DNA of 64,000 bases from the human T2T-CHM13v2.0 reference genome, Homo sapiens. The stretch lies in assembly GCF_009914755.1 (NCBI RefSeq), contig NC_060936.1, one strand, 5' to 3'. Below the pieces are notes generated by a model, which had not been told where the DNA came from, did not search any database, and saw nothing but the letters and a program-made list of their open reading frames with translations. A program made the translations under genes and the position numbers. This document shows, one piece after another, positions 32,027 through 46,459 of this stretch. Every line of letters starts with the position of its first letter. Position 1 is the stretch's first letter.

Positions 32027-35000
32027 GTAGAAGTACTTAAAGCTAAAGTGTTACGGTAGATGTTCTTAAAGGGGTCAGAAATTTGTACCCTGACTTCTTA
32101 GCAAGATGCTTTTCCACTTTGTTAACCTCAAAAAGAAAAAAGTCTAAAGGTCACACCTATATTCCGTGGCTTCATTGATTTCTTCAGTTTCTTTTCCACT
32201 AGGTGAATGTTTACCCTCTCGATATTTTTTTAAAATTTCTATTTGATATGAGAGAGTAAAAGTTTACACTTTAAAATCCTCTCCACTCACCTTCACCCTC
32301 CCCCAACCAAACCTCAGCTTTTCCTGGACCAAAATCTCAACTAGTGTCCACAGACATGGATACATACCTAGAGCAAAATAAATCAAATGGGAATTTTAAT
32401 GCACTCAATACAGTTGAGCTAAAAGTCACTTATTTTATGAAGAAAAGATAACAACCTTTCTTATGCTAGAGCACACTCGCTTCTTGAACAAAGTTCAGTG
32501 GTTAAAGCTGGTGGGGAAACGACCTATTTCGGATGACAGATAAATAAATTACAGGTTAAATACTAGAGAAATATCTTAATGAAGATTTTTTCAGACTAGA
32601 GCAACCTCCTGAGGGAAACAGTTTGAAGTGACATCATTTGAGACATTTAAATTATAGTGGATAAAGTACTCAAACCCACCACAAAGAAACACTCTTTGTA
32701 GAACTCATGGGAAAATTACTGGGATTTATAATAGGCCTTTTCTATGAGGAGGTAAGCCTGCCTACGAGGCAGACCTGCTATTGAATAAATGTTATTTTAA
32801 ATGGAGTGTGGCTGTATTGTAACTCAGTTCCTCCTTCTATGGAGAAGAGCATGAATGGGTAGGTTAGCCAAAAAATTAATAGGTTTTTTCTTTTTAAAGC
32901 AGTAGATTTCTTCACAAAGCCTACCTAATTATGTGAGTTTTTCCTCAAGAATGACATGCTTCAATGCTCATTTTCTTTCAACTATTTTTTTAAATGTTAT
33001 CTACCCCAGGACTTCCAACCCCCTTTCTCTAACAAATCAGCATGTAGCAGAGAAGTTCTGAACTAACACAGCTTTGAATGTCAAATGTTTAAATTTGAAT
33101 GTTCTGCCTTTTCGATAAAATGAATTTAACAGTGACCCTCCAAGGATTTTCCACTTCCAGTCTTACCCAGAACAGCCCTCATTAAGCATGTAGCACTCCA
33201 CAAAGAGTAAATCATTTATTTGGAATCAGCCCTTATGAGCTAGAAAAACTACCTTTCAGAAAGCCTTCATTTCAAAGGACAATTGCCATATTCTGTAAGC
33301 CTATTGATTTTTCTTCACTGTTGGAATGAAGAATGTAAACAGAATTGCATATTTACTCATTGCCTTTTCTGATACCTTTGCTCTGAGAGCTCAACACTTC
33401 TGTCCCACGTGTATGAAAGGCTGCTCTTTCCAGAGCTGGTCCGTGTGAGATGATTAATGAATGGCCAGACAAAATTCTGATTAATGCTCCACTATTAAGA
33501 TTTGCCTTTACTTCAAGAGCTTTTTATAAGTTCATAGTTTTGACCCCACAAACCTTTCTCCCCTCCCCCCCCCGCTTGGTAATTGCTAAAGTTTGACAGC
33601 CACTGTGTTTGCTGCCTGTAACATATGGCTAATTGAATCAGAGTTGGGGAAAGAACCAGTAGATTCCTAATTATGATCCACTCCACAGATCTGAAGCCTG
33701 AATAAGCAGGAAACAAGGAAAAGGCTGCAGAGCCTAGAAAACCTATTATAGCGGTGATTGTAGCAGGATGCAAACATTTCTAAAACTGACTGAATATCAT
33801 TTATTTAGAAAGCGTAGTTTGCTTTCTGTCTTTTAATTACACAAAGCAAAGAAAGATTAGAGAGAGATTTGCTTTTATCTGTGTGATTTTTGCACGTCTG
33901 GACACTGGACACCTCATATTCTCATAATCATATTTTAGTAGACATTTGCATTTCTAATAAGGCAAACACGCTGGATTTTCATCTTATAGGTTCTTCTCCA
34001 TCCTCAACACTCCAGTTATGAAGACACATGTATATATTTTTAAATGCGTGTTTCAATTTCAAATGAATTTTTCTACAGCAGTTAATGGTAACATATGTCC
34101 TCTGAATTGCTTCCCCCGGGGTGAAGAGTAAGGCAATAAATGAAATATTCATCGAATATTGCTGCTGAACATTTAACTAACAATGCAAGGCACATTACTA
34201 GGTGTCAGAAGGGTAGGCACACGATAAAACACAGCTTTTCCATTTGTTTTCAGTGCTTGGGGAAGTAAGCAAGATGAACAGTAGCAGTATAATGTGAGAT
34301 AGGTCATGGTCTATACATAAGGAATATGTTATTTGATTAATGCCTTCCATTAGACTATAAATGAAACCTAGCACAGTGACACAAAATAGGTTTCAATAAA
34401 TATTAATTATGAATGAATAAAGGAAGGAGGGAATATAATATACAGTTGTATTGGACTTTTGAGAGAAATCACTTCTGATTATGGGATTCTAGAGAGACTT
34501 TCTTAAGAAAGATTTTGGTTTCAGTCTTAAACTAATGGATAAGCTTATAGTAGGTATGACGTGGGTCACTCTACTGAGATGACTCAAGCATAGGCAAAAA
34601 AGTAAGATACAGGATATATTTGGGTGGCACAATTAATCTAGTTTGTTTAAGAAAGTCATCTATAATACTTGACATTTTTTCAGCATGTTATAAATTTTAT
34701 AAAGATACGTGAAAAAGAGTAGTGGGAGACAGACCTAGAAAGGTAAATTGGGAACAGATCTTGGATAACCTTGATTACAGGTTAATGATCATGACAACCA
34801 TCAATGTCTGTGGGTTAATTCAACTTGTAACCATTTATTCGTAACAGGAAATGTTCTCTTCTCTGAAGTCTTTCAAGAACTCATATACTGAAATTAACAT
34901 ATTATAGTAGTAAAGATAAAGTAATGGCTGTCCCTGGAATCCGTTCTCAGGATCAACTTGGAAGGTAGTAGAGCTGGATAATTCCACTGAGAATTGACAT

Positions 35001-35309
35001 CCATATTAGAAACTTCAGTCCCTCTCCCTTTTTCCTTTTGGCAGCTTGCCAGCTGTAACTAAAAATAACTCAGAACTTTAATTTAAGAGATAATATCTAT
35101 GGTGTCTTTGTTAACAATCATATTTTTATTGTAAGAACTTAGAAGAAGGAATAAAATATCTCATTGAAAGGCTAGGTAGTGACAAGAATGTAGTTTCTTT
35201 GGAATTTGTGGCAAAGACTATCAATTGTTTACACCAACAGCTGTTCTTCTCTAATAGTATATTAACATTATAAAATCCATTATTTTTGACAGCAAATATA
35301 GATACCTGG

Positions 35310-35695
35310 AGAATTCCAAGAATACAGTCTAAGTTTCTAACTTTCCTTGCTAGTGTAATTATGTGAATAATTTCTGGCCAATAAGACAAGCAAAAGAATT
35401 GTGTGCAACTTCTGGGAAGAGAAGAGATGTGACTTCCTTCATCTTGTTCTTCACCTTGCTGTCTGGAATATGAACTTGATGGCTGGAACTTGAGCAGCCT
35501 TCTTGGATCAGAAGGCGGCCTGGGAATAGGAATAGAGCTGAAGAGAAGCCGCTGCATTCTTGAAAATTATAAAGATGCCATGCCATTTCAGCTTGCTTTC
35601 CTGTGGACTTCATTTATATGTATGAAATAAAAGTTTATATTGTTTAAGCTCCTGTGGGTTTTCTGTCACTTGCAACTAAATACAAACTTATATAA
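35310..35695 (+). mobile_element. Ancient ERVL/MaLR LTR (LTR33- or MLT1K/L-like)
   Basis: TTCTGGCCAATAAG; GATGGCTGGAACTTGAGCAGCCTTCTTGGA; AATAAAA...TTGTTTAAGC. Confidence 0.6.
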
Positions 35696-35769
35696 TTTGA
35701 AATGTTAAGAAATTAAAGAATTTTTAGGAATAATAGCAATATATAAAGCATCTTACAGTAAATTAGATT

Positions 35770-36155
35770 GTTGCTAAGGAAATGTTCATTCTTCCCCTTT
35801 CCATAGAAGGAACACACTTCCCTACTGATGGATTTAGCCATGTGACTTCCTTTAACCAATAAGATGTTAGCATACATGATGAGAGCCAAGGCTAGAATGT
35901 GTCTGTGTGATTGAGTTTGCCTCCTGCACTCCTTCTTATTGCTATGAAAAGAACTTCTGCTGGATAGCTATTACTTTGTAGACCAAGTCCCAAAAGGAAT
36001 ATTCATGAAGGAGACTCAAGCCCAACCCTCAGCCAGAGCTTGAAGAAGCTGAACTAGAACTGACACACAAATGAATGAACAAGAAATAAATACTTATGGT
36101 TTTATGTCACTAGATTTTGTGATTGTTTGTCATCCAGCACTAACTGACTAATGTA
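35770..36155 (+). mobile_element. MLT1 (MLT1I/J-like) LTR
   Basis: GCCATGTGACTTCCTTTAACCAATAAGATGTTAGC; AAGAAATAAATACTTA...TAACTGACTAAT. Confidence 0.65.
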
Positions 36156-36318
36156 CATCCTCTACAGCGTCTGTTTAAATTTGTCAGGATTTTAGGCATT
36201 GAGAACTACAGGCTATGGTTTTCAACCCAAAAATCATCACTACAATTCACTATAGCATTAAACCAGCAGATTACCAACATTTTAGTACCACTAAAGTGAC
36301 TTAAAGATACGAATACTT

Positions 36319-36600
36319 GGTTGGGCACGGTGGCTCATGCCTGTAACCCTAGCACTTTGGGAGGCCAAGGCAGGTGGATCACCTGATGTCAGGAGTTTGA
36401 GACCAGCCTGGCCAACGTGGTGAAATCCCGTCTGTACTAAAAATACAAAGATTAGCCGGGCATGGTGGCATGTGCCTGTAGCCTCAGGAGGCTGAGGCAG
36501 GAGAATGACTTGAACCTGGGAGGCGGAGGTTGCAGTGAGCTGAGATCACGCCACTGTACTCCAGCCTGGGCAACAGAGTGAGACTCTGTCTTAAAAAAAA
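36319..36600 (+). mobile_element. Alu (AluS-like)
   Basis: Dimer with a small deletion in the right arm. Confidence 0.95.
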
Positions 36601-36922
36601 TTACAAATGCTTAATTCATATTTACACTACGATATGACTCTATGTAATTAAGATCAAAAGCCAAGTTATTTCTATGCTCAGTGGCTTTTACAGTTTTAAA
36701 TAGAACTCATAGACTCAATTTGTCTGGAAGTGTGACAGTATCACAACCAACTGCCTTTGCCACGAGTACCAGAGCATTTGAAGATTTCCTTTTATGTTTA
36801 TAAACTGAAGGAAAGTAATTTCCTTACACCATTTATTCTTGATCTCTCTCATTCATTGCAACTGACATGCCAATCATTCCTGTTGAGGACATTAATAAAT
36901 GACAATAAAAGAGGTACAAATA

Positions 36923-37294
36923 ATTGCAAGATAGGCAATCCTCAAGAGGTTTTTTCTTTCTTTTTTTTTGTTTTTTGTTTAATTATTTTGCCCAAAAAAC
37001 TCTCCAGCCTTAGAATCTAATATTTTAAATTATCTTTTGGGGCTATTTGCTTAGCCACCTAAGAAAGCTGTTATCTCCTAATCTTCCTAAATAAAACTCT
37101 TCTTTATTTGTTCAATTCTCCTCCTACTTCTCCCCCAGCCCCATCACTGCATGCATGTAGACATATTTTTCCTCTAGTTTGGTTTTGCTTGCTAACCGTG
37201 GCCCCAGACACTTGGCTGTGGACCCACAGGGCTAACAGGTGTCCATAGACCTCTCCATGAGCTCACCCTTTGTTAGCTGCATGCTTGGGCTTCT
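36923..37294 (+). repeat. Dispersed direct duplication, copy 1 (copy 2 at 47190-47559)
   Basis: Collinear match, e.g. CTCCTCCTACTTCTCCCCCAGC and AGACATATTTTTCCTCTAGTT occur in both copies. Confidence 0.95.
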
Positions 37295-37367
37295 TGGGCT
37301 TTTCTGCAGTCTTTGACTTGTCACCCATGTAACAGATGCACTAGACTCTCCATCACTCTCATTACCC

Positions 37368-37768
<401 letters not shown>

Positions 37769-37999
37769 GTTCTTTCTTTTTCCTCTAATAAATCCAAGCT
37801 CCTTCCCTTTTCTATAATATATCTCTTGTATCAGTAATACTTATAATGGCTCTTGATTCCCTAACCAAACCATTTGTTTTTATGCCATTTACTTTCCACG
37901 ATATCCTGTTCTCCTCCCACAACCACATCATTCACTACTGCCAAATGGTACTCAAAAGCAGACCCTTCTGAGCTTTTGTGCATAAAAAGGCATATAACA

Positions 38000-38290
38000 T
38001 GCCAGGCTCAGTGGCTCATGCCTGTAATTCCAGCACTTTGGGAGGCAAAGGCAAGAGGATCTCTTGAGCCCAGGAGTTAAAGACCAGCCTGGGCAATCTA
38101 GTGAAACCCCATCTCTACAAAAAGCTTAAAAATTAGCCAAGTATAGTGGTATAAGCCTGTAGTCCCAGCTACTTAAAAGGCTGAGGCTGAGGCTTGAACC
38201 CAGGGGTTGAGGCTGCAGTGGGCTATGATCACATCACTGCACTCCAGCCTGGCCAATAAAGCAAGACCCTGCCTAAAAAAAAAAAAAAAA
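38000..38290 (+). mobile_element. AluJ-like
   Basis: TSD AAGGCATATAACA at 37987-37999 and 38293-38305. Confidence 0.93.
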
Positions 38291-38806
38291 GGAAGGCATA
38301 TAACAGCAGAGAAAGAAGTCGTCTTGGGTTTTTTGTCTCAGTAGCCTAAACCCACAGTTTGCTAGGGGCTTTCATGAACAGGCGTGTTGTGAGATATTTA
38401 AATTTTTGAATTATCGGACACCACACAAACTACCACTATTAAGTTTTTGAACCTATTTAATAAATGAAATATTAGGATTTTAGCATTTTGTTTGTTTACT
38501 TGCTGTTTCTTTCTTTCTTTGCCTTAGTTTAAGGATTCTATGAAAAAATTGACATAGTAAGGACACTATGAGACTGGAAAGGCAGGGAACCTCTGTAGAA
38601 TAGTAAGGACTCATGGCACAGAAAAAATTTAGGAGAAAACATAGAGTAAGAGCAAGGCTTGCCCTTCACCTAGGCCCCTGACTACCACAAGATTCCTTGG
38701 CATGGAGAGATGGAGAAAACAAAGGGAGGAATGAGTGGACCCAGAAGAGAGGAACCCAGTACTCTTTTCCTAGAGCCCAGCTCCTTTGAAATAAAAAAAA
38801 AAAAAA

Positions 38807-38886
38807 GTATACCTATGAAACAAACCTGCATGTTCTGCACATGTAACCCAGAACTTAAAGTATAATGATAATTTTAAAAAAAAAAA
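38807..38886 (+). mobile_element. Very short L1PA 3' tail
   Basis: ACAAACCTGCATGTTCTGCACATGTAACCCAGAACTTAAAGTATAAT plus A tail. Confidence 0.85.
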
Positions 38887-39121
38887 CCCAGATAAATATG
38901 TTGGATCTTAGAGCAAAGGAGACTTGAGCCCTATTTTCTGAGTAGCTTCTTAGAAATTGGCAAGAGAGGGTCTTAACAGCCTCCTCAGAGCTTTACAAAT
39001 ATCAGCAAGACATGGGAGTAGAATGTGACTCCCAAGATCCCTAGAAAGGCATGAAAGTAGCTGAGAGCCCAGAGGATTTCATTCAGACGGGAATGAAGAA
39101 TGCACCCATGACAATGTACAC

Positions 39122-39499
39122 TGTGTTGGTCAGCTTTGGCTGCCATAACAAAATACCATAGACTGGGTGGCTTAAACAATAAGAATTCATTTCTCACAGT
39201 TCTGGAGCCTTGAAGTCCAAGATCAAGATGCCAGCAGGGTCAGTATCTGGTGAGGGTTCTCTCCTTGGGTTGGGAATGGCCACCTTCTCACTACATCTTC
39301 ACATGGTGGAGAGAGAAAGAGAGTGAGCTTCAGTTTCTCTTATTCTTCTTGTAAGGACATTAACCCATCATGGGGCCCACTCTCATAACATCATCTAAAT
39401 CTAATTACCTCCCAAAGGCTCCACCTCTAAATACCATCACATTGGGTTAGGGCTTCAGCATGAGAATTTGAGGATAACACAAATATTCAATTCATAACA
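39122..39499 (-). mobile_element. MLT1A-like solo LTR
   Basis: GCTGCCATAACAAAATACCATAGACTGGGTGGCTTAAACAA; 5-bp TSD TACAC/TACAT. Confidence 0.88.
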
Positions 39500-40376
39500 T
39501 ACATGGACAAGACGGGACAATAGGTGTCTAGAGATGCATGTGTGATCAAATGTCCTCTTCAGCTGTGAAGGCTTAGAACTAAGTAAGCACGCCAGGTCTT
39601 AAATGCAATCCAAGGAAAGGGAGGTAAAAGAAATGGGGAAACTGACCACAATTAAGTCTCCACCATGCTGGAGGAGTGGGTGTTCAAATAGAAATTAAAT
39701 TGGGTTATTGAAAAATAAACATACATTTCTTACATAATTTCTTCTGTGGACTGAGATTTAAATGAGCCATAAATGCTCATAAAATGGAAGTGATTTTACC
39801 ACTATTGGGGCAGGTGCCATTTTCAAATGATTCTGCTTTCCTTTCTAAGACAAATGCCCTGTCTAAGCACAAAGAAAAATGTTTTTGATACCCTTGATAG
39901 AGATTGTGACTCAAAATTCACCATGCCCACTGCAACACATTTTGTAAATATTAGAGCTAGAAGGAAACACTAAGAATATTTGTTTGGTGGTTTTCAAGAT
40001 TTTTAAGCTCAAATACTATCTCCCAAATAGAATATTCCAAATAGAATATTATTAGAGACCCCAAGGTATAAAATGGATTAAAAGTGGTATAATGTTAGCA
40101 AAATTTTATCCTTAATTCAAATGTATAATATGTATTAATTATACAAGTGATCAATGATAATAGAGCTGTTTTATAAATGCAAAGAAATTGAAAATTAGAA
40201 GTTATTAGTGTGAACTATAGTCTTAAATTAGACATGTAGTCTTAAACCAGACAGGATGCCCAGTTTATTTCTGTATTTTGTATTCTCCATTTCTGTTGCC
40301 TGATTCACAAGATAAATAGTTGGAAGTGGTAATAATTTTCTAATAGCTTACCTTGTTGTCTCAGATTACTCTTCAG

Positions 40377-40895
40377 TGTTCTATTATCTATTACAATGTA
40401 GCAAACCACCTTAAAACTTAGTGGCTTAAAATGACAATTTCTGAAATTCAGGAATTGAGGCAAAATCTGGCTGGTTGATTCTTTTGGTCAATGTGGCTGT
40501 TAACCGGAGTCACTCTTCAGTGGTACTCAACTGACAGATGACCTGGTCTGGGGTGGTCAACGTGACCATACTCACATGCCTGATGCTTTAGTGGGCACAG
40601 GTAGTAGGTAGGCTCAGCTAGGCCTGTCTCCCTCTCCATACAGACTCAGAGCCTCTCCATGAACTCATTCCAGCAGGGACTAAACTTTCTTGCATGGTGG
40701 CTCAGGGGTCCAAGAGTAGGTGTTTCAGGAGGCGTAGGCAGAAGCTCCAAGTCTTCTTATAACCTAGCTTCAGAAGCTCCAAAGATATTTTTCAACATAT
40801 TCTATTACTTAAACAAGTCACTAAGGCCTGCCTAGGTTCAACTATCCCGGAGTTGAGCAAATTGATGGTGGCCCGCTTAAAGACAAGTTAACACA
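40377..40895 (-). mobile_element. MLT1 (MLT1H-like) LTR
   Basis: AAACCACCTTAAAACTTAGTGGCTTAAAA; CAAGTCACTAAGGCC. Confidence 0.7.
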
Positions 40896-41910
40896 TCTGA
40901 GGAAAGCAAAAAAGGCATTTGAAAGAAAAATGACATTTCAATATTTAATAAGTAATATTATCCACAAACATTAACTTATGTGTTCAGTGTGGAGATAATC
41001 AGTAAACAGATTTTTCAGGCTGCCATTGTTTGGTGGAAAAATAACTTTCAAACATATATTATTAAATTATGGCATGTTAAGTGATTTCTTTTCTAAAATC
41101 CCACATGCCTGAGGAATCATTTTGTCAGATATTTTCTGAAATTTTCAAAAAAAAATGAGATTTATGTTAGTTTGTATATTGAGTCTAAAGTTTGTTTTCA
41201 TTTCTTTACTGGCACTTTAATTTATAGCTGTAACTCATTTTGGACCTTGAATTCCAAACAAACATAAGCTTGTTCAGGTTCTAGAACTAAGTGCGCATAT
41301 CACTACAAATTATCCTGAAAAGCCTACGATTGAAAGTTTAAGCTTTAATAAAACTGAAATTTGTATGGCATTATCTAATACTGTGTGCAAAGATGTGAGA
41401 ATCTTTATAATCGCTAGTGCTTGTCTTATACCTCACATGATGAGTAATTAAATACATCTTGGCAACAACTTTTCCATAAGCCACCAATCCTTTGGTGCTT
41501 TTCCCCTCTACCACTGCCCTTACACAATCATTGAAGACATTCCTACATTAGTAGTATTTGCAAACTGATTTTAACTGTTATCATTGCTTTCTGGTTACCA
41601 TGAGTCATCTGTTTAACAGACCTTCTTCATATCTGCTTACCGGAATATACCATAAACTAAGCGAAAATAAAAAGCATTTGCAGTATCATCAGTTGCAGTA
41701 TCATTGGTTGTGCTTAAGAAGACATATAACATGCCAGGCTCAGTGGCTCATGCCTGATGTAAAGGTTTCAGGCATGAAATCTTTGTAAAGATTTCATATC
41801 ATCTCAGCTTTCTGACCAGGACCTCAAGTTCTTTAGATGCATTCTTAAATCCTCTTTAGAGTGTGTTATCAGACAATGTTACTGACCTGCACCCGTGTTT
41901 GTTACTATGT

Positions 41911-42360
41911 CGTATCAGTTATCTATTGCTGTATAACAATCCACCCCCAAAGATCAGTGACTTAAGAAGGCAACTTATTATTTTTAATAATTTTGTGGGT
42001 TAGCTGAGCTGTTCTTCTGCTAGTTTTGCCTGAGATTACTCCTGTGTTTGCATTGATCAGGTGGCTTGCCTGGGGCCGGAGGATCTAAAATGGATTCACA
42101 CATATGTCTTGGGCCTTGTTGCTGGCTGTTAGCTACGCCATTCTTTCTGCATGGTTTCTCATCATTCAGTAGCTAGGTGGCTTTACATGGTGATCAAAGC
42201 ATTCCAAGAAGGAAAGGCAGGCGCTCCACTGAAGGTCTAGTGTCTACGCAATGTAACTTCAGCAACGTACTATTAGTCGCAGCAAATTACAAGGCAAGAC
42301 CAGATTCAAGGAGTGGGAAAATAGACTCCACCTCTTGAAGGGAGGAGCTGCAAGATATTG
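41911..42360 (-). mobile_element. MLT1 (MLT1G/H-like) LTR
   Basis: TATCAGTTATCTATTGCTGTATAACAA; CAGATTCAAGGAGTGGGAAAATAGACTCCACCTCTTGA. Confidence 0.75.
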
Positions 42361-42888
42361 ATGAAAGAATCTGGAATCCTTATTTTTAGATTCACAAAAT
42401 TTTATTTCAAAATGGTGTTATAACTTGCCACAGAACAGAAGTATCCTGCAAAGCAATCACATTGGAGATTCGGTCATTCTTCCTATCACAAAAGCAAATC
42501 CCAAAAGTAAATAATGCTTTCTTAAAAATTACTATGCCTTTACATTTTCATTTTCTTCCTGATACTTTAATCTGTAGCTGTAATCCACTGGGACCCTGAA
42601 TTGCCAAACAAAAGTAAACTTGCATCACAGTGACTTTGAAGAGAATTTTCTGCATATGGCTTTCATTTTGCATACCCCTGTCAGTTTGGTCGATAAAATT
42701 TAAAGACACATTTAGTACTTTATAGTATGACTGGTTTTATCCTGGGCTTGATCAATACAGCATGTCTCTCTTAAAGTGTAAGCCTGATCGATATTACAAT
42801 TTCCATCTTCACATTTGCTTTTTAAATGTCCTGCTTTTAACCAGCAATCCATTTGTAGTTGCAGAGGTAATTGTTCTACTTCATCTAA

Positions 42889-42943
<55 letters not shown>

Positions 42944-42944
42944 T
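42889..42944. repeat. (AT)n microsatellite, interrupted
   Basis: Direct reading. Confidence 0.95.
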
Positions 42945-43208
42945 AAACATAAAAGTTAAACACAAAGCATCAAAACATGTTAACAACTTTATTACAAAGG
43001 TAAGGTAACAATCATACAAAACAAAAAATAACCATTTAAATATACTGCCATATGCATTCTCAAGAGGAGACACAGAAATTGGTTACTTAGGGCAATATCA
43101 CTGATGATTATGTAGTGAACGAAAGCAGGCCAGTTAGATGTGTGTTTGTCTTGCTTGTCATTTCTTTGGTGACAGACCATACATTCATTTGTATAGTTTC
43201 CTGTGAAT

Positions 43209-43333
43209 GGGCAGAGGCAGGAGGATCACTTGAGCCTGGGAGGCAGAGGTTGCATTGAGCCGAGATTGCACCACTGCACTCCATCCTGGGTGACAGAGTG
43301 AGACCCTGTCTCAAAAAATAAATAAACAAAAAA
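43209..43333 (+). mobile_element. Alu right-arm 3' fragment
   Basis: GAGGCAGGAGGATCACTTGAGCC...GTCTCAAAAA. Confidence 0.88.
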
Positions 43334-43880
43334 TCAAACAGTAATCTTGTTCTTATAATATACTACACCTCCTAGAACTAAAAATAACTGAATTTTCCTA
43401 GCAAGTTTGTGCACGCATACACACACACGTATAATCTCACAGAATAACATGAAATACTACAAAGAGAATGCATTGCCATTAACATTCCCTTCAACCAACA
43501 TGGAGCAAATCCTCCTCTTGGTGCCTTTAGCAGCTTTAAGTTCTTAAGTTAAATAAATCACGGTGAAGAACTCTTGCTGACATAAATTTTCAAAGTCTAT
43601 TTTGATTTTAGGGCTCTGGCTCTCACCAAACTACTTACTGATTTAATTTCTCAAGTACAATATCATGTAGATATAATCAAGATCTAGTCTTCCCAATTTT
43701 CAAAAAGGACAATCTTCTACTCCTTCAAAACTATAAAATTATTACTTCCTTGGGCATACTTTGAAAACTTTATGCCAAAGACTGAAGAAGAGACAATATC
43801 TAGTGTTGAGGAGGTTTCAGGAAACTAGGTATTGTAAGTTGTTACAATAGTTCTGGAGGGCAACTTGGCAATAAGTATAA

Positions 43881-44235
<355 letters not shown>

Positions 44236-44444
44236 AAAATATGTTTTTTAAATTGTCCATTTCCTTCGATTAAGCAATTTTACTTCTAGCAATTTAGCTT
44301 AAAGAAACAATCTTCTTGTGTATATAAATTTTACTAGAAATCACAGTATTTTTTAATATCACCAAATTGGCAACCATCTAAATGTCCAAGAGTGTAAAAC
44401 TGGTTAAATAAACTGTATTATTTCCATATACGAACCAGTAGAAG

Positions 44445-44655
44445 AACATAGTGACTAAAATCTCAGTATTCGTGGTGACCTAAATTTGAGTTCAAGTCAC
44501 ATACTACCTGCGAGACAGTGAGAAAGTTATTTAAATTTTCTAAGCCTCAGCTTCCTCATGTTAAAATAACCTTGCAGAGCTATTGTGAAGTTTAAACAGG
44601 TATTTTAAGTATTTATAGCTCTACTACACAGCAAGTGCTCAGTAGATCTTAACAA
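44445..44655 (+). mobile_element. MIR
   Basis: AAGTTATTTAAATTTTCTAAGCCTCAGCTTCCTCAT...AAGTGCTCAGTA. Confidence 0.6.
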
Positions 44656-44996
44656 TTAATATTCTTGTTGATTTAATTGAGTTGTTTGGGAGCCATTAAA
44701 AATCATTTTATAAAAAAATCCTTAATCATATGGAGACTAAGGGTGACAAAATAGTGTATTCATGATGATGCCACATTTGTGCATGCATTTATTCTTACAA
44801 AAAAACCCACTGAAAGATAATCATCAAAATGTTTAAAATGACAACCCCTAAATGCTCAAGTTCTGGATGATATTAATTTTTTAAATTTTCTTCTTTTATA
44901 TATAGTCAAAATTTTCCAGAATAACCAGTTTTTGTTTTATATGCAGAAAAGAAGACACGATTTTTTAAACCACCTTTACACTAGTTTGCTACTTAA

Positions 44997-45365
<369 letters not shown>

Positions 45366-46459
45366 TTGTCTTACTGAATGGAACTATTTTCCACCACCCA
45401 GGAGAGATCTTCCAGCCTCCACGTAAAACAAGTTGCAGCGCCTTTGTGCTTTTCATTACCTTTTGGCTCTTTAGACAGAGCTAGTTTTGATACTCAGAAA
45501 ACTAAAAGTTTAATAATTTAGTAAATGTAAGTAGTCAAATAATCTCCAGGGGCATAAGACAAGGATCTGTTCTGCCTTTCTGTATCATTTTTCCTGCTTT
45601 CTTAATAAGCACATGTTGCTTGCCTAATCCTGTGGTGAGGAGATGGGATGTTGGAGTTCAGAGATAAATAAGATAGAGTTCTTACCGTCAAATGGTTCAT
45701 CGTTTTAAAGAAATAGCATTTGTATAGCAATGTACAAAGCACTTTCTGTTTAATTCTTATAGCAACTCTGTAAAGGGTGGAATAGTATGACTATAGTGAT
45801 GATCAATTTATAATTAAGACACAAGAGACGTAAGTAATTTATTCCATTGTTGGTAAGCCTGGAACAGTGCTATTCCTTGCACTAAACTACCACTAAATGT
45901 ATTAGTTAGGTATATATAACTGTTATACAAGTATCAGTCTCTGGTCTGTTAGAACCAGCCCAAAGAGCCACCTCTACCTAGTACATGTATGAGAACTAAT
46001 CTACATTTACTGCTGTAAGTTGTTGAGGGCATTGTCTTCTGACTCATTATCAATGACACCAAATGCCATGTATTTTTTTTTCAAAATTTAGTAATAGAGA
46101 AAGTTTTATTTTCTTCAGGGAAACTATGTGTTTCCTCCTGTCTAATAATAAAAATTATGCAATTGATCATATTTCCCTTGTTAATTTGGCTTCGCAAGAA
46201 GCTCAAAGCCAATAGAACCCATTGTATGGCTAGTAATAGTAGATACATACTAAATATTTGGTGGACGAATGAAAGAATGGAAGATTGAATGAATCAGTAA
46301 AACAACTTTGTTGGGCCTTATTATTTTCATAGATGTATTCTTTTCTGTAATCCTTCCATTTCTGTTTATATTTTATTATGATTTTATGTATTCTTATTGT
46401 AATCAGCCTCAAATCTTCTGCAGAATAAGCCAGGATATAAATAAATAAACAAATATCTA

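Noticed and set aside
35126-35557. 143-aa minus-strand ORF
   Set aside because: Overlaps an ancient LTR, has no recognisable domain and begins at a non-ATG codon
38500-39750. Possible very old LTR (LTR78-like) surrounding the MLT1A and the short L1 tail
   Set aside because: Only the AATAAA-proximal end looks familiar; family and boundaries cannot be supported without an HMM search
40021-40255. Small tandem duplications (CCAAATAGAATATT twice; TAGTCTTAAA..AGACA twice)
   Set aside because: Ordinary slippage-scale duplications with no further structure
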